In this document: one piece after another, positions 7,524 to 17,122 of the stretch
Numbering within the stretch: position 1 is the stretch's first letter
Layout of the letters: each line of letters starts with the position of its first letter
Origin: Myxococcota bacterium
GTDB lineage: Bacteria; Myxococcota_A; UBA796; GCA-2862545
Assembly (NCBI GenBank): GCA_039208735.1
Contig: JBCCQY010000143.1
Span: forward strand, 1 to 24,551
Direction: 5' to 3'
Length of the DNA: 24,551 bases
The notes under the pieces: model-generated
What the model was told of the DNA's origin: nothing
The model's database searches: none
What the model saw: only the letters and a program-made list of their open reading frames with translations
Position numbers and translations under genes: made by a program

Positions 7524-10262
7524 GTGAAACGGCATGCCTATCGTGGTGAGGCCACCCGCGACGGCCACGGACAAAGCGGGACCGCAGCCCTACCTGCCAA
7601 AGCACCTAGCCACTGGTCTTTGGCCCCCCCCTCCCTCGACCGGGAGCGAGATGCCGACCGTGGGGGAAAGCTTCCCCGGCGGGTTGCCAGCGTGGCCACT
7701 GGCGAGCCCGTCCCCACCGAGGTCGCCTCGGCGATGGCTCGAATGGGGCGCGGTCAGCCCCTGCCTGGGTCAATTGCCGGACCCGATCTGTCGAATGTCC
7801 GCGTCCATCGCTCGCCTGCCGCCCGTACCGTGGCGGCCCTGGTGGGTGCACGGTCCATAGCCTTTGGTTGCCAGGTTGTGCTCGGTCAGGAAGGAGACCT
7901 GGAGCACGAGCTGGGACATGTCCGCCAGCAACGAGCCGAGGGCGTGGCCACGATTGACCGAATCACCGTCACACCCGACAAAGCCGATATGGTCTACCGG
8001 GCCTGGGTGGCCGAGTACGAGAAACGCCTGGGGAAGGGCAACCCTCTGGCTGCCGAGAAGGCGGCCGCGCGCACGCGCGCCCAGATTGGACCGCCCATGC
8101 CCTCGCGGTGGGTGGCGCCCCACCGTCGCCCCCCTCCGCCACCGCCCAAGCCGCTCGAGCCACCGGAGCCCCAGTTCAAGGTCACGCTGGCCGACGGAAC
8201 AGAGTTGGTCCTGTCCCAAAGGCAGCTCGACGCCCGGCGCCAAAAGGCGAGAAAAGAGCTTGAACGTCGTATCGCCACGCTCGAGACCTTGGTGCGCAAC
8301 GGCCGCTCCCACCAGCGGATGCTGGCGGAGAACAAGGGCGTGGGTGGCTGGTTGGTGGACTCGGTAACGGGCGCAAGGTTGCCTCCCGAGTCGATGTGGG
8401 ATGCGCCCGGTCCTACCATCCAGCAGGCCAAGCGCCTCCTGGCTGCCGGAAACTACAAAGGGGCATTGAAGGCCATCAAGGCCGGCCACCATTCCTACGC
8501 GCAGGCGGCCGTAAATGTGACCGCCTACCTTGACGAAGTCGATGTCGGCGGCCACAAACTGATCGAATACCTGGAGACGACCAGGGACATCTCCTTTTCC
8601 GTTGCCATTGCCACCGGTGCCGTGGTGGCCGCGCCCGTAGTCGCGGTTGGCCTGGCCGAAGTAGGGGTCACGGGAGCGGTGGGGACCGTCGCCACCGGCG
8701 CAGTCGTCACTGCAGGGGGGGGCATTGCGGGAGGAGGCCTACGGGGAGGGACGGCCTTGGTAGGTCAGGTGATGACCACCGGAACCGTCGACACGAAGGA
8801 GCTGAAGGATGAGACCGTGGAGGGCGCGAAGCGAGGTGCCGTCGATGCCTTCGGTTCCGTCACCGGCTACGGCGTCACCCAGGGGCTCGGTACCGGGACC
8901 ACGCTGCTGGGACGGGTGGGCGTGGGCGCCGCGTCAGGAGCGGCAGGAGGTGGCGGCAGCGCGGTTCTCGATGCCAAGCTTCGGGGGAAGAACTGGAAGC
9001 AGGCGCTCGAGGATGGTCAGCGCGGTGCCTTCCTCGGGGCGGTGTCGGGAGGCGTGGCGGGCCCGGTCGGGGGAGCCAAAATGGCCACTGCTCCTCGAGC
9101 ACTCACAGAGGGTGTGGTGGCCGGAGGAACCACGGTTGGCATCGCACTAGCGGAAGGCAAGGACATCGACGAGCAAGTCGTCAAGGACGCCTTGGGAAGC
9201 GGGGTGTCCGCGCTGGGCTCTGGGGCCGTATCCCTCACCACCACGAGCCGACGCCCGCCCAGCTCCCCCGTGCCCGCCGAGGGCCACCCCGCGGTTCGCC
9301 CGAATCCGCGGCCAGCGAACCACAACCGCATCGGACCCGTCAGCGACCCCGCGGTCCCCAGGAACCCACGACCCGCCAACGACCGGATCGGTCCACTCCA
9401 GGACCACACGGCAGAGCTCGTGGTCGAAGCCGCGAACACGAACGTGGCAGGGTCCACCGAGGCATACGTGGTCGGTGGCGAGCCATTCAACACGCTTCAT
9501 CCACCACAGTCGCCCAACGGAGTGCGACCTCGGGCCTCGGTTGGCGATGGGTTCGCGCCGGACCCTCTCCGCAACGCCTCCCTCCCGGAGGGAACCCACC
9601 GGTCGGTGCCTCCGCCTCCTCGAGAACGGCGCAGCGAGGCTGTGCGTCCTGGGGGCCCGAAGGGCCGGCGCCGTCCGGAGACGAAGAACGACCTTGACCA
9701 TGAGTCCTCCACACTCTGGGAGCTAGACACGCCCAGTCTGGACAACCTCACGAACGAACAGTTTCGCGAGTTGTACAGGCGGTCCGAGAACATCCCGAAG
9801 GAGCAAGTCCGCCCTGCCGCAGACCTCGCCAAGGACCATCCCCATCATGGTTCAGGCGGGCGCCGGCAGCGAGGCGAGAAGGGGCAATGGCCCGCCAACG
9901 CGAGCGGTTACGTCTACCAGTTGATCGACTTCCAGGGCCGGGTCATCTACATCGGCATCACCGTCGACCCAGCAAGACGCATCCAGAATCACGCCAACCC
10001 GAACAACCGGTACAGCAAGGTGTTCTATGGGATGCAGATCTTGAGGGGCGGGCTCACCGAGGTGGACGCCCGTGCGCTCGAGGCCCGGTTCCGCGATACG
10101 ACCCCCGGCGAGCTCGTAAATCGGGACTACAGCACAGTGCACGACGGTATCGACCTCCACGACGCGGCGACGACCGCCGGTGGAGGCGATCCAAAAGCCG
10201 ACGGCTCTCCCGTTATCTACGAGAATCCAAAGCTGCACCGCTATCGCTCGTCGGAGGACTGA
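7524..10262 (+). CDS. DUF4157 (eCIS core) polymorphic toxin with a Gly/Ala-rich hydrophobic middle and C-terminal GIY-YIG nuclease domain
   Basis: GQPLP...DLSNVRVH...GARSIAFGCQVVLG...LEHELGHVRQQ carries the DUF4157 HExxH. C-terminal GYVYQLIDFQGRVIYIGITVDPARRIQNH...ALEARF...LVN is GIY-YIG. GTG 7524 follows GGAGG. Confidence 0.85.
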   Translation: MKRHAYRGEATRDGHGQSGTAALPAKAPSHWSLAPPSLDRERDADRGGKLPRRVASVATGEPVPTEVASAMARMGRGQPLPGSIAGPDLSNVRVHRSPAARTVAALVGARSIAFGCQVVLGQEGDLEHELGHVRQQRAEGVATIDRITVTPDKADMVYRAWVAEYEKRLGKGNPLAAEKAAARTRAQIGPPMPSRWVAPHRRPPPPPPKPLEPPEPQFKVTLADGTELVLSQRQLDARRQKARKELERRIATLETLVRNGRSHQRMLAENKGVGGWLVDSVTGARLPPESMWDAPGPTIQQAKRLLAAGNYKGALKAIKAGHHSYAQAAVNVTAYLDEVDVGGHKLIEYLETTRDISFSVAIATGAVVAAPVVAVGLAEVGVTGAVGTVATGAVVTAGGGIAGGGLRGGTALVGQVMTTGTVDTKELKDETVEGAKRGAVDAFGSVTGYGVTQGLGTGTTLLGRVGVGAASGAAGGGGSAVLDAKLRGKNWKQALEDGQRGAFLGAVSGGVAGPVGGAKMATAPRALTEGVVAGGTTVGIALAEGKDIDEQVVKDALGSGVSALGSGAVSLTTTSRRPPSSPVPAEGHPAVRPNPRPANHNRIGPVSDPAVPRNPRPANDRIGPLQDHTAELVVEAANTNVAGSTEAYVVGGEPFNTLHPPQSPNGVRPRASVGDGFAPDPLRNASLPEGTHRSVPPPPRERRSEAVRPGGPKGRRRPETKNDLDHESSTLWELDTPSLDNLTNEQFRELYRRSENIPKEQVRPAADLAKDHPHHGSGGRRQRGEKGQWPANASGYVYQLIDFQGRVIYIGITVDPARRIQNHANPNNRYSKVFYGMQILRGGLTEVDARALEARFRDTTPGELVNRDYSTVHDGIDLHDAATTAGGGDPKADGSPVIYENPKLHRYRSSED
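9285..9395 (+). repeat. Two intragenic ~20-aa tandem repeats in the toxin linker
   Basis: HPAVRPNPRPANHNRIGP and DPAVPRNPRPANDRIGP, with a 60-nt period (9285, 9345). Confidence 0.8.
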
Positions 10263-10494
10263 CCTCCGCTCGTAGGAAACGGCCGACCCATCGCCTCTGA
10301 CGCGCACCCGGAGTCTAGTCGGCGCGGCGCCGGGCGGTGGTCGCGCTGTAGAGGAACGGCTCGCTCCCTTCGACGGCGAGCGACGACAAACAAACCAGCT
10401 CATCGTCGCCAAGCTGACAGTTCCCGAACATCGAGGCTTCGTTGGGCACGATGTTGCCGTCGTCGGGGTCATGGTCCCATCCAGGCCGATCGAC

Positions 10495-11745
10495 TCAAGT
10501 CCGCCCGGCCGGGGCAAGCTCAAAGGACACGCCAGCATTGCGCGGAAGTCGCTCGAGGAGGTGGTCCCCCATCGCACTGGCGGGCGTCCAGAACCCACCG
10601 CCACAGGTCGGCGCGTCGCTGGCCAGGCAAACGGCACACTCCGCGATCATGCGAGAGGTGGAGCCGTAGCCCGGATCGCGATCGCCGTGGATGGTCAAGC
10701 GAAGGTCCTTGGTCCGATCGGTAGGATGCTCGGCCAGCAGCTCGACGTCGAAGAATCCGCGCCGTTGCTGTGCCTCGCTGGGTCCCGTGCCCGGCTTTGG
10801 ACCAAGGGCCCGCAACACGGAACGAGTGGGGCCAAAGCGAGCCATGGCGTGGATGGCCCCCATGCCGAAGCTCAGGGCCGCCGCGGCAAACCACCCCCAG
10901 GATCCCCAGGGGAGCAGCATTGCCTCGTCATAGCGGAAGTCGGGTCCGTAGCGAAAGTTCATGAGCGCGTTACTGCGTCGCACGACGCGGGTGTTGATGG
11001 GAGCCATCACGAACGGGCCGACCCATCCGTCGAAGTCCTCGTCCCACGCCGGCATCGTCGCCTCTGGTCCGTCGGGGCCGCGAGGCTGGTCCGGCGGATT
11101 CAGCGCGTAGGGATCGTCGACGATAGCGCGAATGGACGGGTCTGCGGCAGCTTGCTCGGCCATGGTGACCAAGCTGTCGAAGGTTCCACCACTGAATCCG
11201 CCGGATGCATCGCGCATCCGGTACTTCACCCGGACCGGGGTGCACCCGTGTCGCACGCTCATTTCGTCGACGAGGCGATAGACCCCCAGATCGGACGGGA
11301 TGCTGTCGAAACCGCAGGTGTGCACGATTCGAGCGCCACTCGCGATCGCCGAGGCCTGGTGCTGGGCGATCATCTGCTGCATCCACTGCACTTCGCCGGT
11401 CAGATCGCAGTAGTCGGTCCCCAATGCCGCACAAGCCGCCACGAGGGGGCTCCCGTACCTCGCATACGGGCCGACGGTCGTGAGCACGACCCTGGTCCGC
11501 GCGACCAGCTCGGACAATCGCTGCGGATCACCACTGTCGGCGACGAAGATGTCCGGCCCCTCACCCGAGTCGCCAGCCAACCGACGCGCCACGGCTTCGA
11601 GCTTGCGCTGATCACGGCCCCCCAGCGCCCAGGTCAGCCCGGCCCGACGGTAGTGCTGCTGCATGTAGTCGGCCACGAGTTGCCCGGTGAAGCCCGTCGC
11701 CCCGTAGATCAAGATGTCGATATCGCGCGTGGATGGATGGGCCAT
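10495..11745 (-). CDS. Saccharopine-dehydrogenase-like NAD(P)-binding oxidoreductase (trans-acting enoyl-reductase-like)
   Basis: IYGATGFTG, TTVGPYARYG, YCDLTGE, HTCGFDSIPSDLG, FVMAPINTRVVRRSN, DPGYGSTS, GGFWTPA. Confidence 0.92.
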   Translation of the reverse strand: MAHPSTRDIDILIYGATGFTGQLVADYMQQHYRRAGLTWALGGRDQRKLEAVARRLAGDSGEGPDIFVADSGDPQRLSELVARTRVVLTTVGPYARYGSPLVAACAALGTDYCDLTGEVQWMQQMIAQHQASAIASGARIVHTCGFDSIPSDLGVYRLVDEMSVRHGCTPVRVKYRMRDASGGFSGGTFDSLVTMAEQAAADPSIRAIVDDPYALNPPDQPRGPDGPEATMPAWDEDFDGWVGPFVMAPINTRVVRRSNALMNFRYGPDFRYDEAMLLPWGSWGWFAAAALSFGMGAIHAMARFGPTRSVLRALGPKPGTGPSEAQQRRGFFDVELLAEHPTDRTKDLRLTIHGDRDPGYGSTSRMIAECAVCLASDAPTCGGGFWTPASAMGDHLLERLPRNAGVSFELAPAGRT

Positions 11746-11781
11746 GGACCGACCTCCGAAAGGGGTAGGTGGACTTGCTTC

Positions 11782-13368
11782 TCACCGCCGTGAGGGGTCT
11801 TGGACGCGACGACGCAGCACGAACTTCTGCACCTTTCCCGTCGAGGTCTTCGGGAGCTCGCCGAACTCGATGCGCTTTGGCGCCTTGAAGCGGGCGAGCC
11901 GCGACCTGACGTGCGCGATGAGATCCTCCGCGGACGTGGTGCAGGCGGGCTTCAACGTGACGAACGCAACGAGAATCTCGCCCCACAGCGGGTCCGGAGC
12001 CCCGACGACCGCGCTCTCCACTACGTCGGGGTGGCTGTCCAGCGCCTGCTCGACCTCAATCGAGGCGATGTTCTCCCCACCGCTGATGATGACGTCCTTC
12101 TTGCGGTCGCGCAGCTCGAGGTAGTGATTGGAATGCAGGACGCCGATGTCTCCGGTACGAAACCACGCCCCGCCGGGTCCTTCGACGGTGGCCTCGCGGG
12201 TGGCGTCGGGGTCGCGGTAGTAGCCCAGCATCACGTTGTTGCCGCGAAGCAGCACCTCACCGGTGGTCTCGCCATCGGCAGGCACGTCGCGGCCTTGGTC
12301 ATCGACCACGCGGAGCGGAAGCCCAGCCAGGTTCGACACCCCCTGGCGGGCCTTCAAGCGAGCTTGTTCACCGTCGTCCAGTGTGTCCCACTCGGGACGC
12401 CAGTCGCAGATCACCGCCGGCCCATAGGTCTCGGTGAGCCCGTATAGGTGCGTCACGTCGAGGTTCAGGTCGGACAGCCGCGCCAGGAGCGTGGGAGAGG
12501 GCGGCGCGCCGCCGGTGGCGATTCGGACGCGCCTCGGAGCCGGGGCGGCATCGGGATGGCTGGCGAGCATGGTGAGTACCGTCGGCGCGGCGTTGAAGTG
12601 CGTCACGCCGTGGTCCCGAATCGCGGCCCAGATGGCGTCGGGTCGAACCGTGCGCAAGGCCAGGTGGGTGCCTCCCACGGCGGTCACGGCCCACGGAAAG
12701 CACCAGCCATTGCAGTGGAACATCGGCAACGTCCACAGAAAAACGGTCTTCGAGTCGAGTCCAGACTGCGCGACCATCGCGAACGCCTGGAGATAGGCCC
12801 CCCGATGCGCGTACATCACGCCTTTGGGACGCCCCGTGGTGCCCGACGTGTAGTTGAGGCTCAACAGGCTCCACTCATCGTCGAGGGGGGAGTGGTACGC
12901 CGACGCGGCGGCGATTCGACGTTCATAGTCGCTCTCGGCGTGTCCGGACTCGATCAAGAGCACGTCGTGAGGCACTCGCTCGGCCACCGCCATCCCCGTC
13001 GGCAGCAGATCTCGGTCGCACACGAGCACCCTCGATTCCGCATGTCCGATGATGTAGGCGAGTTCGTCGAGCGACAGCCGGGTGTTCAGCGCGTTGAGGA
13101 CTCCGCCCGCTGCGGGCACGCCAAAGTGGGTCTCGAGGAGCGCATGGGTGTTGGGGGACAACACGGAGACCCGGTCCCCCGGCTTCAGGCCGGTGTCGTG
13201 CAGCGCCCCCGCGAGCTGCCGGCAGCGACGGTTCAAGCCCTCGTAGGTCAGCGTGAACGAACCGTCGACGACGGCGGTGCGGTCTCCATAGACCACCGCC
13301 GCCCGATCGAGGAACGACAGCGGGCTCAACATCTCGGGCCCGAAGGCGGGCAGCAAGCGGCTGCTCAT
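11782..13368 (-). CDS. AMP-binding acyl-CoA synthetase
   Basis: LSPLSFLDRA, NYTSGTTGRPKG, PMFHCNGW, YGLTE, WFRTGD, IISGGENI, PKTSTGKVQK. Confidence 0.95.
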   Translation of the reverse strand: MSSRLLPAFGPEMLSPLSFLDRAAVVYGDRTAVVDGSFTLTYEGLNRRCRQLAGALHDTGLKPGDRVSVLSPNTHALLETHFGVPAAGGVLNALNTRLSLDELAYIIGHAESRVLVCDRDLLPTGMAVAERVPHDVLLIESGHAESDYERRIAAASAYHSPLDDEWSLLSLNYTSGTTGRPKGVMYAHRGAYLQAFAMVAQSGLDSKTVFLWTLPMFHCNGWCFPWAVTAVGGTHLALRTVRPDAIWAAIRDHGVTHFNAAPTVLTMLASHPDAAPAPRRVRIATGGAPPSPTLLARLSDLNLDVTHLYGLTETYGPAVICDWRPEWDTLDDGEQARLKARQGVSNLAGLPLRVVDDQGRDVPADGETTGEVLLRGNNVMLGYYRDPDATREATVEGPGGAWFRTGDIGVLHSNHYLELRDRKKDVIISGGENIASIEVEQALDSHPDVVESAVVGAPDPLWGEILVAFVTLKPACTTSAEDLIAHVRSRLARFKAPKRIEFGELPKTSTGKVQKFVLRRRVQDPSRR

Positions 13369-13392
13369 CTCGATCCTCCTCTGTCGGGGAAC

Positions 13393-15081
13393 TTAGGAGA
13401 ATTGATCGATGACGGGCTTGACCACGGCCTTGGTCTTGGCGGGCAGCGACTCCCAGCGCCCAGCCAAGTCCCGGGCATAGGGCTGGAAATGGTGGGACCC
13501 TTCGACCGGCGTAAGGGTCCGGACCCACGCCGAGTGGACCTGGTAGGACTGCTTGAGCCCTGGCGCACTCGCGATGGCGACCGGCCCGTTGTCGAGCTCG
13601 GTCGCGTCGAAGACGTACAGCTCGGTCCGATCCGGAAACTGAACGAACGACAACACCCATCCTTCCGAGTCACCAACGGTGTCCGGTGCATAGATCGGCG
13701 ATTGTCCGTAGGCCTCCTCGGGGAAGGCGTAGGAGCTGACGACTTCGAGGTCGTCGAGGCGATGGCAGGAGACCGCGGATGGGATCGGGTCCTCCGGAAG
13801 TTGGTCGACGTCCACGATGCGGTAGGGATTACCGGCGTACATCTGCACCTGTCGCTCGACCAGCATGTCGGGCCGGTAGCCACCGTAGGCCTGCCAGGCG
13901 TAGCGATGCCGACCAATGCCCTGGGGCCGAACGTCGCGCCCGTAGAGCTGGGCACCCCAGAGCCGGTCGGGCCGGCTGCACACCGTGTGGTGCTTGATCT
14001 CTCCAGTCCGACCGTCGATGACGTAGCGTGCGACGGGTGAAGCGTCGCTCGGCGAGGACATGTAGGCGATCATCGCCTTGGGAATCGGCTCCTTGGAGTG
14101 CCACAGGCGGTCGTTGGCGTCGAGGGGGAAGTTGACGTCCTGGCCGTTGGAGTGCGCGACGTAGAGCACGATATCGTCGCCTTCCTGCTCGTAGTCGGCG
14201 AACTGATGGAACGCCTCGCGGGGCACTCGTGCGTGACTGACAGGAACCGAACGTCCCTTTCGCGCATCGGTGAGATCGCGCTTGGCCACGAGGTAGATGT
14301 CCGTCCACGGCATGTGCGGCTTGGTGCGCTGGCCCATGCCCGCAATGGCCCCCATCTCTGGCTGGAACCCGACCTCGCAGAAGATCACGTAGTCCTGGGT
14401 ACACGCGACTTCGTGGATGCCCTGCATGATACGGGCCCCGGGGGCCGCCCACCAGTCGATCTCGCCATTCCCCCTCCACCGAACGATGTGCAGCGTGCCT
14501 TCGGCGTCGGTGAGCGACCGGCCACCGAGCGGACGGTAGTGTTGGTTGCACCACCACATGCAGCCCTCATCGGGGTCCTCGACAGGGTGTGCGGTGGTCC
14601 AACAGTTGGCGAAGAGCGGGTGTTCGTTGACCGCGGGATAGGCGGCCAGACCGCCGACATAGCTGCGATAGGTCAGGCTGACCGGGTCGAAGAGCGCGGG
14701 CCTTCCGGGATCGTGCGTCAGCAACATCTGCGGACCGAGGAAGTGCATGGACGTGTTGGTCAGGCACGGCGCCGAGCCGGCGGCGAGCGCGGCGAGCTCT
14801 TGGGGTTCGTGGGTCATGGCCAGCGCGCCGAGCACGGCGATCTCGGGGGTGACCACGAACTTGCTGATCCAGTGGGGGCGTCGATCGGCGGTGGCCTCGA
14901 GGTCGACCCGGGTCACGATGCCCGGCCCGACCCAGACAAAAGGGACCGCGGTGGGCTGCGTGGGCCCAATGATGAAGGCGTGGCCTCGTAGATTCGCGGG
15001 CCAGGTGCCATGAATGACGTCCAGAGGGGTATCGTACTCCCGGCTGGGTTCGGTGACGTGGAGCTCGGCATGGTCCTTCAC
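13393..15081 (-). CDS. Carotenoid-oxygenase (RPE65/lignostilbene dioxygenase) family non-heme iron enzyme
   Basis: GTWPANLRG N-terminus, NTS, and four candidate Fe-ligand His (TTAHP, GIHEVACTQDY, AFHQF, QVHSAW); ELYVFDA...GPVA near the C-terminus. Start set to GTG 15081 after AGGAG. Confidence 0.8.
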   Translation of the reverse strand: MKDHAELHVTEPSREYDTPLDVIHGTWPANLRGHAFIIGPTQPTAVPFVWVGPGIVTRVDLEATADRRPHWISKFVVTPEIAVLGALAMTHEPQELAALAAGSAPCLTNTSMHFLGPQMLLTHDPGRPALFDPVSLTYRSYVGGLAAYPAVNEHPLFANCWTTAHPVEDPDEGCMWWCNQHYRPLGGRSLTDAEGTLHIVRWRGNGEIDWWAAPGARIMQGIHEVACTQDYVIFCEVGFQPEMGAIAGMGQRTKPHMPWTDIYLVAKRDLTDARKGRSVPVSHARVPREAFHQFADYEQEGDDIVLYVAHSNGQDVNFPLDANDRLWHSKEPIPKAMIAYMSSPSDASPVARYVIDGRTGEIKHHTVCSRPDRLWGAQLYGRDVRPQGIGRHRYAWQAYGGYRPDMLVERQVQMYAGNPYRIVDVDQLPEDPIPSAVSCHRLDDLEVVSSYAFPEEAYGQSPIYAPDTVGDSEGWVLSFVQFPDRTELYVFDATELDNGPVAIASAPGLKQSYQVHSAWVRTLTPVEGSHHFQPYARDLAGRWESLPAKTKAVVKPVIDQFS

Positions 15082-15167
15082 GGTTCTCTCCTGTGGTCGG
15101 ACCGGCCGATCGCGGCCGGCGCTGGAAACGAATGGCCAGGGCAGGTGCCCTCTTCGAAGCGCCCTCC

Positions 15168-15842
15168 TTAGGCTTGGTCCGAGGCCGACATTCGAACGCG
15201 GGCCTCCACCATGGCGCGATAGTCGCGATAGAGCTGGCGAACGAGCTGGACGACCGTGTCGTGCCTCCCCGCCTCGATTCCCAGAAGGATGTCGCGGCAC
15301 GACTCGCGCAGGAAGTCGAGCTGCGCTTCGTCAGCGAACTTGAGCAGCACACGGCGAAAGCGCAGCGAGAGATTCCGGAGCTGCCGAACGAGCTCGCCGT
15401 TGTGCGCCGCCTGTACGACGGTGAGCGTGAAGTCGAGCGACACGGCTGAGACCGCCAGGAGGTCTCGCTGGTCGCAGGCCACCTCGAGCGCATCGAACTG
15501 CTGGCGTAGGGTGGCCCGATCGTCGTCGCTGAGCTGGTCGAGCGCCCACTCGAACCCCGCCGCGGCCAGGACACCGGCCACGTCCACGATCTCGAGCGCC
15601 GCCTCGGGGCTCATCGCAGCGACGCGACGCGGGTGGTTGGGCCGCGTCTCGACGAGCCCGTCGGCCGTGAGCTGCACCATGGCCTCCCGGACCGGCGTGA
15701 TGCTCACCCCGAGTCGGGCGGCCAGCTCCGCATCCCGCAGCAAGGTTCCCTCGAGCATCTTACCGAGGACGATCTCGTCTCGGAGCTGTTGCACGACGGC
15801 CTCACGACGCGTCGGTGGGATCTGGAAGGGCTCACTCCGCAT
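15168..15842 (-). CDS. GntR-family (FadR/FCD) transcriptional regulator
   Basis: LRDEIVLG...ELAARLGVSITPVREA wHTH followed by an FCD-like helical domain (AAHNGEL). Confidence 0.92.
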   Translation of the reverse strand: MRSEPFQIPPTRREAVVQQLRDEIVLGKMLEGTLLRDAELAARLGVSITPVREAMVQLTADGLVETRPNHPRRVAAMSPEAALEIVDVAGVLAAAGFEWALDQLSDDDRATLRQQFDALEVACDQRDLLAVSAVSLDFTLTVVQAAHNGELVRQLRNLSLRFRRVLLKFADEAQLDFLRESCRDILLGIEAGRHDTVVQLVRQLYRDYRAMVEARVRMSASDQA

Positions 15843-15861
15843 TCAGCGACCTCACGGCTTG

Positions 15862-15901
15862 ATGCAGAATGCATTATGCAGAATGCCTCACGCGACTGCA
15901 A
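15862..15901 (-). promoter_or_regulatory. sigma70-like promoter overlapped by a candidate GntR operator
   Basis: On the minus strand: TTGCAG (15901-15896), 17 nt, CATAAT (15878-15873). The direct repeat ATGCAGAATGC (15862-72, 15876-86) and the palindrome TGCAT-T-ATGCA cover the -10. Confidence 0.7.
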
Positions 15902-16071
15902 GTCGCAGGGTCGTCCGGCCCTCGTGGGTCCCTCTGAGCTTCTGGTCTTCGTCGACGAAGTCCTGATCAGGCGATGCGGTGCGTGCGGTTAACGCTCGTT
16001 CAAGCCTGGGATGAGGCGCACCTGGGCGGAGGCGTAGTGCGAGCAAGTCATCCCGTCTGGCGGGTTGTGAA

Positions 16072-16455
16072 GTGCGGGCCGGACTGATCCTGCGCCGTCC
16101 AACGTTCTACCCGTGTTCAGGGGGACGCCGACGCCGACCGGGCTCAAACACCTCCACCCTCACGGTGCCCGAGAGCCTGAAGGCAAGCCTTGCGCCACCG
16201 CCTCCCAAGCCCTCGAAGCTTCCGTCGTGGCTCGATGACCCTCCCCCGCTCGAGCCCCCCACCTGGTGGCAAGAGGATGGGGAACCCACGACGATCGAAC
16301 CCTCACCCCCTTCGGATGAGGAGCCTTCGACCCAGTCTTTTCATGAGTCGATCCAAATGGACCCCTCCCTTCACCAACTCGTCCTCCGGACTCGTTGGTT
16401 GCGGTCGGTCCACCACCACAGCCTGACCGGCCCATGCCGAAGAAGTCGAGGTTGA
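16072..16455 (+). other. Pro/acidic-rich ORF fragment, unassigned
   Basis: The central part TLTVPESLKASLAPPPPKPSKLPSWLDDPPPLEPPTWW looks coding; no credible start or family. Confidence 0.25.
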
Positions 16456-16747
16456 CTCACCAAACCAACCTCCCTTTTCCCTGTGGGATGCGCTGTCTGG
16501 CGTTTACGCACGCATGTCTGGACTCCAGACCACCTGAAACGATGCGCGATGGCTCCAACGGACCATCCGTTGCTTAGGCGAACGGCGTGTTGCCTACATT
16601 CTCGGTCATTGGGCGTGTTCCAAGACCAAGGCGACAGATCGGGCGCACATCGCCGACCCGAACCGGTGTTTCCTTCATCTACTTCAAGGGCGTGGCAACA
16701 AGCCAGGCCAGAGCCCTTGTCGCAGGTGCTGGCGTCTCGGTGGTGTT

Positions 16748-17065
16748 GGGGTGGCGGTAGCAACGCTGCAACGAGCCGCCACACTTTGCGATTTACGCTG
16801 GTTTAAATTTCTAAACGAGTCTCCAAATCGAGGCCGAAGCGACCGAGGGATTCACATGCCCGTACACGAGCGGGGTGACGCCCTGTCGATCGCGCTCGGT
16901 CAGCCGGGTCTGCCAGCTCGGCTCCTCCAACACGCGCTGCATCATCAACGTCTTCAGGTAGACAAGGCAGTTCTGCAGCAGGTGGAGGCAGAGCAGGGAG
17001 AGTTCCTGGTCTTCGCGCCGGCCGAAGAAGATGAAGTCGTTCACGCTATTCCAGTGCTCAACGAT
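16748..17065 (-). pseudogene. Tn3-family transposase C-terminal remnant with a probable terminal IR
   Basis: [36 protein letters not shown]...[10 protein letters not shown], a 1-nt deletion, then [13 protein letters not shown] (stop 16803-16805). GGGGTGGCGGTAGCAACG from 16748 resembles a Tn3 GGGG-starting IR. Confidence 0.85.
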
Positions 17066-17122
17066 CGCGCCCGTTCTGTCCGATGGCCAGGGCCCAGCCG
17101 GTCGGCGAGGTCGACCGCAGCA

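Noticed and set aside
15082..15300. N-terminal extensions in the ORF track (oxygenase to 15300, kinase from 1159, toxin from 7383, IS110 from 22000)
   Set aside because: They overlap other genes or regulatory/ncRNA regions, and the downstream starts have clear RBSs.
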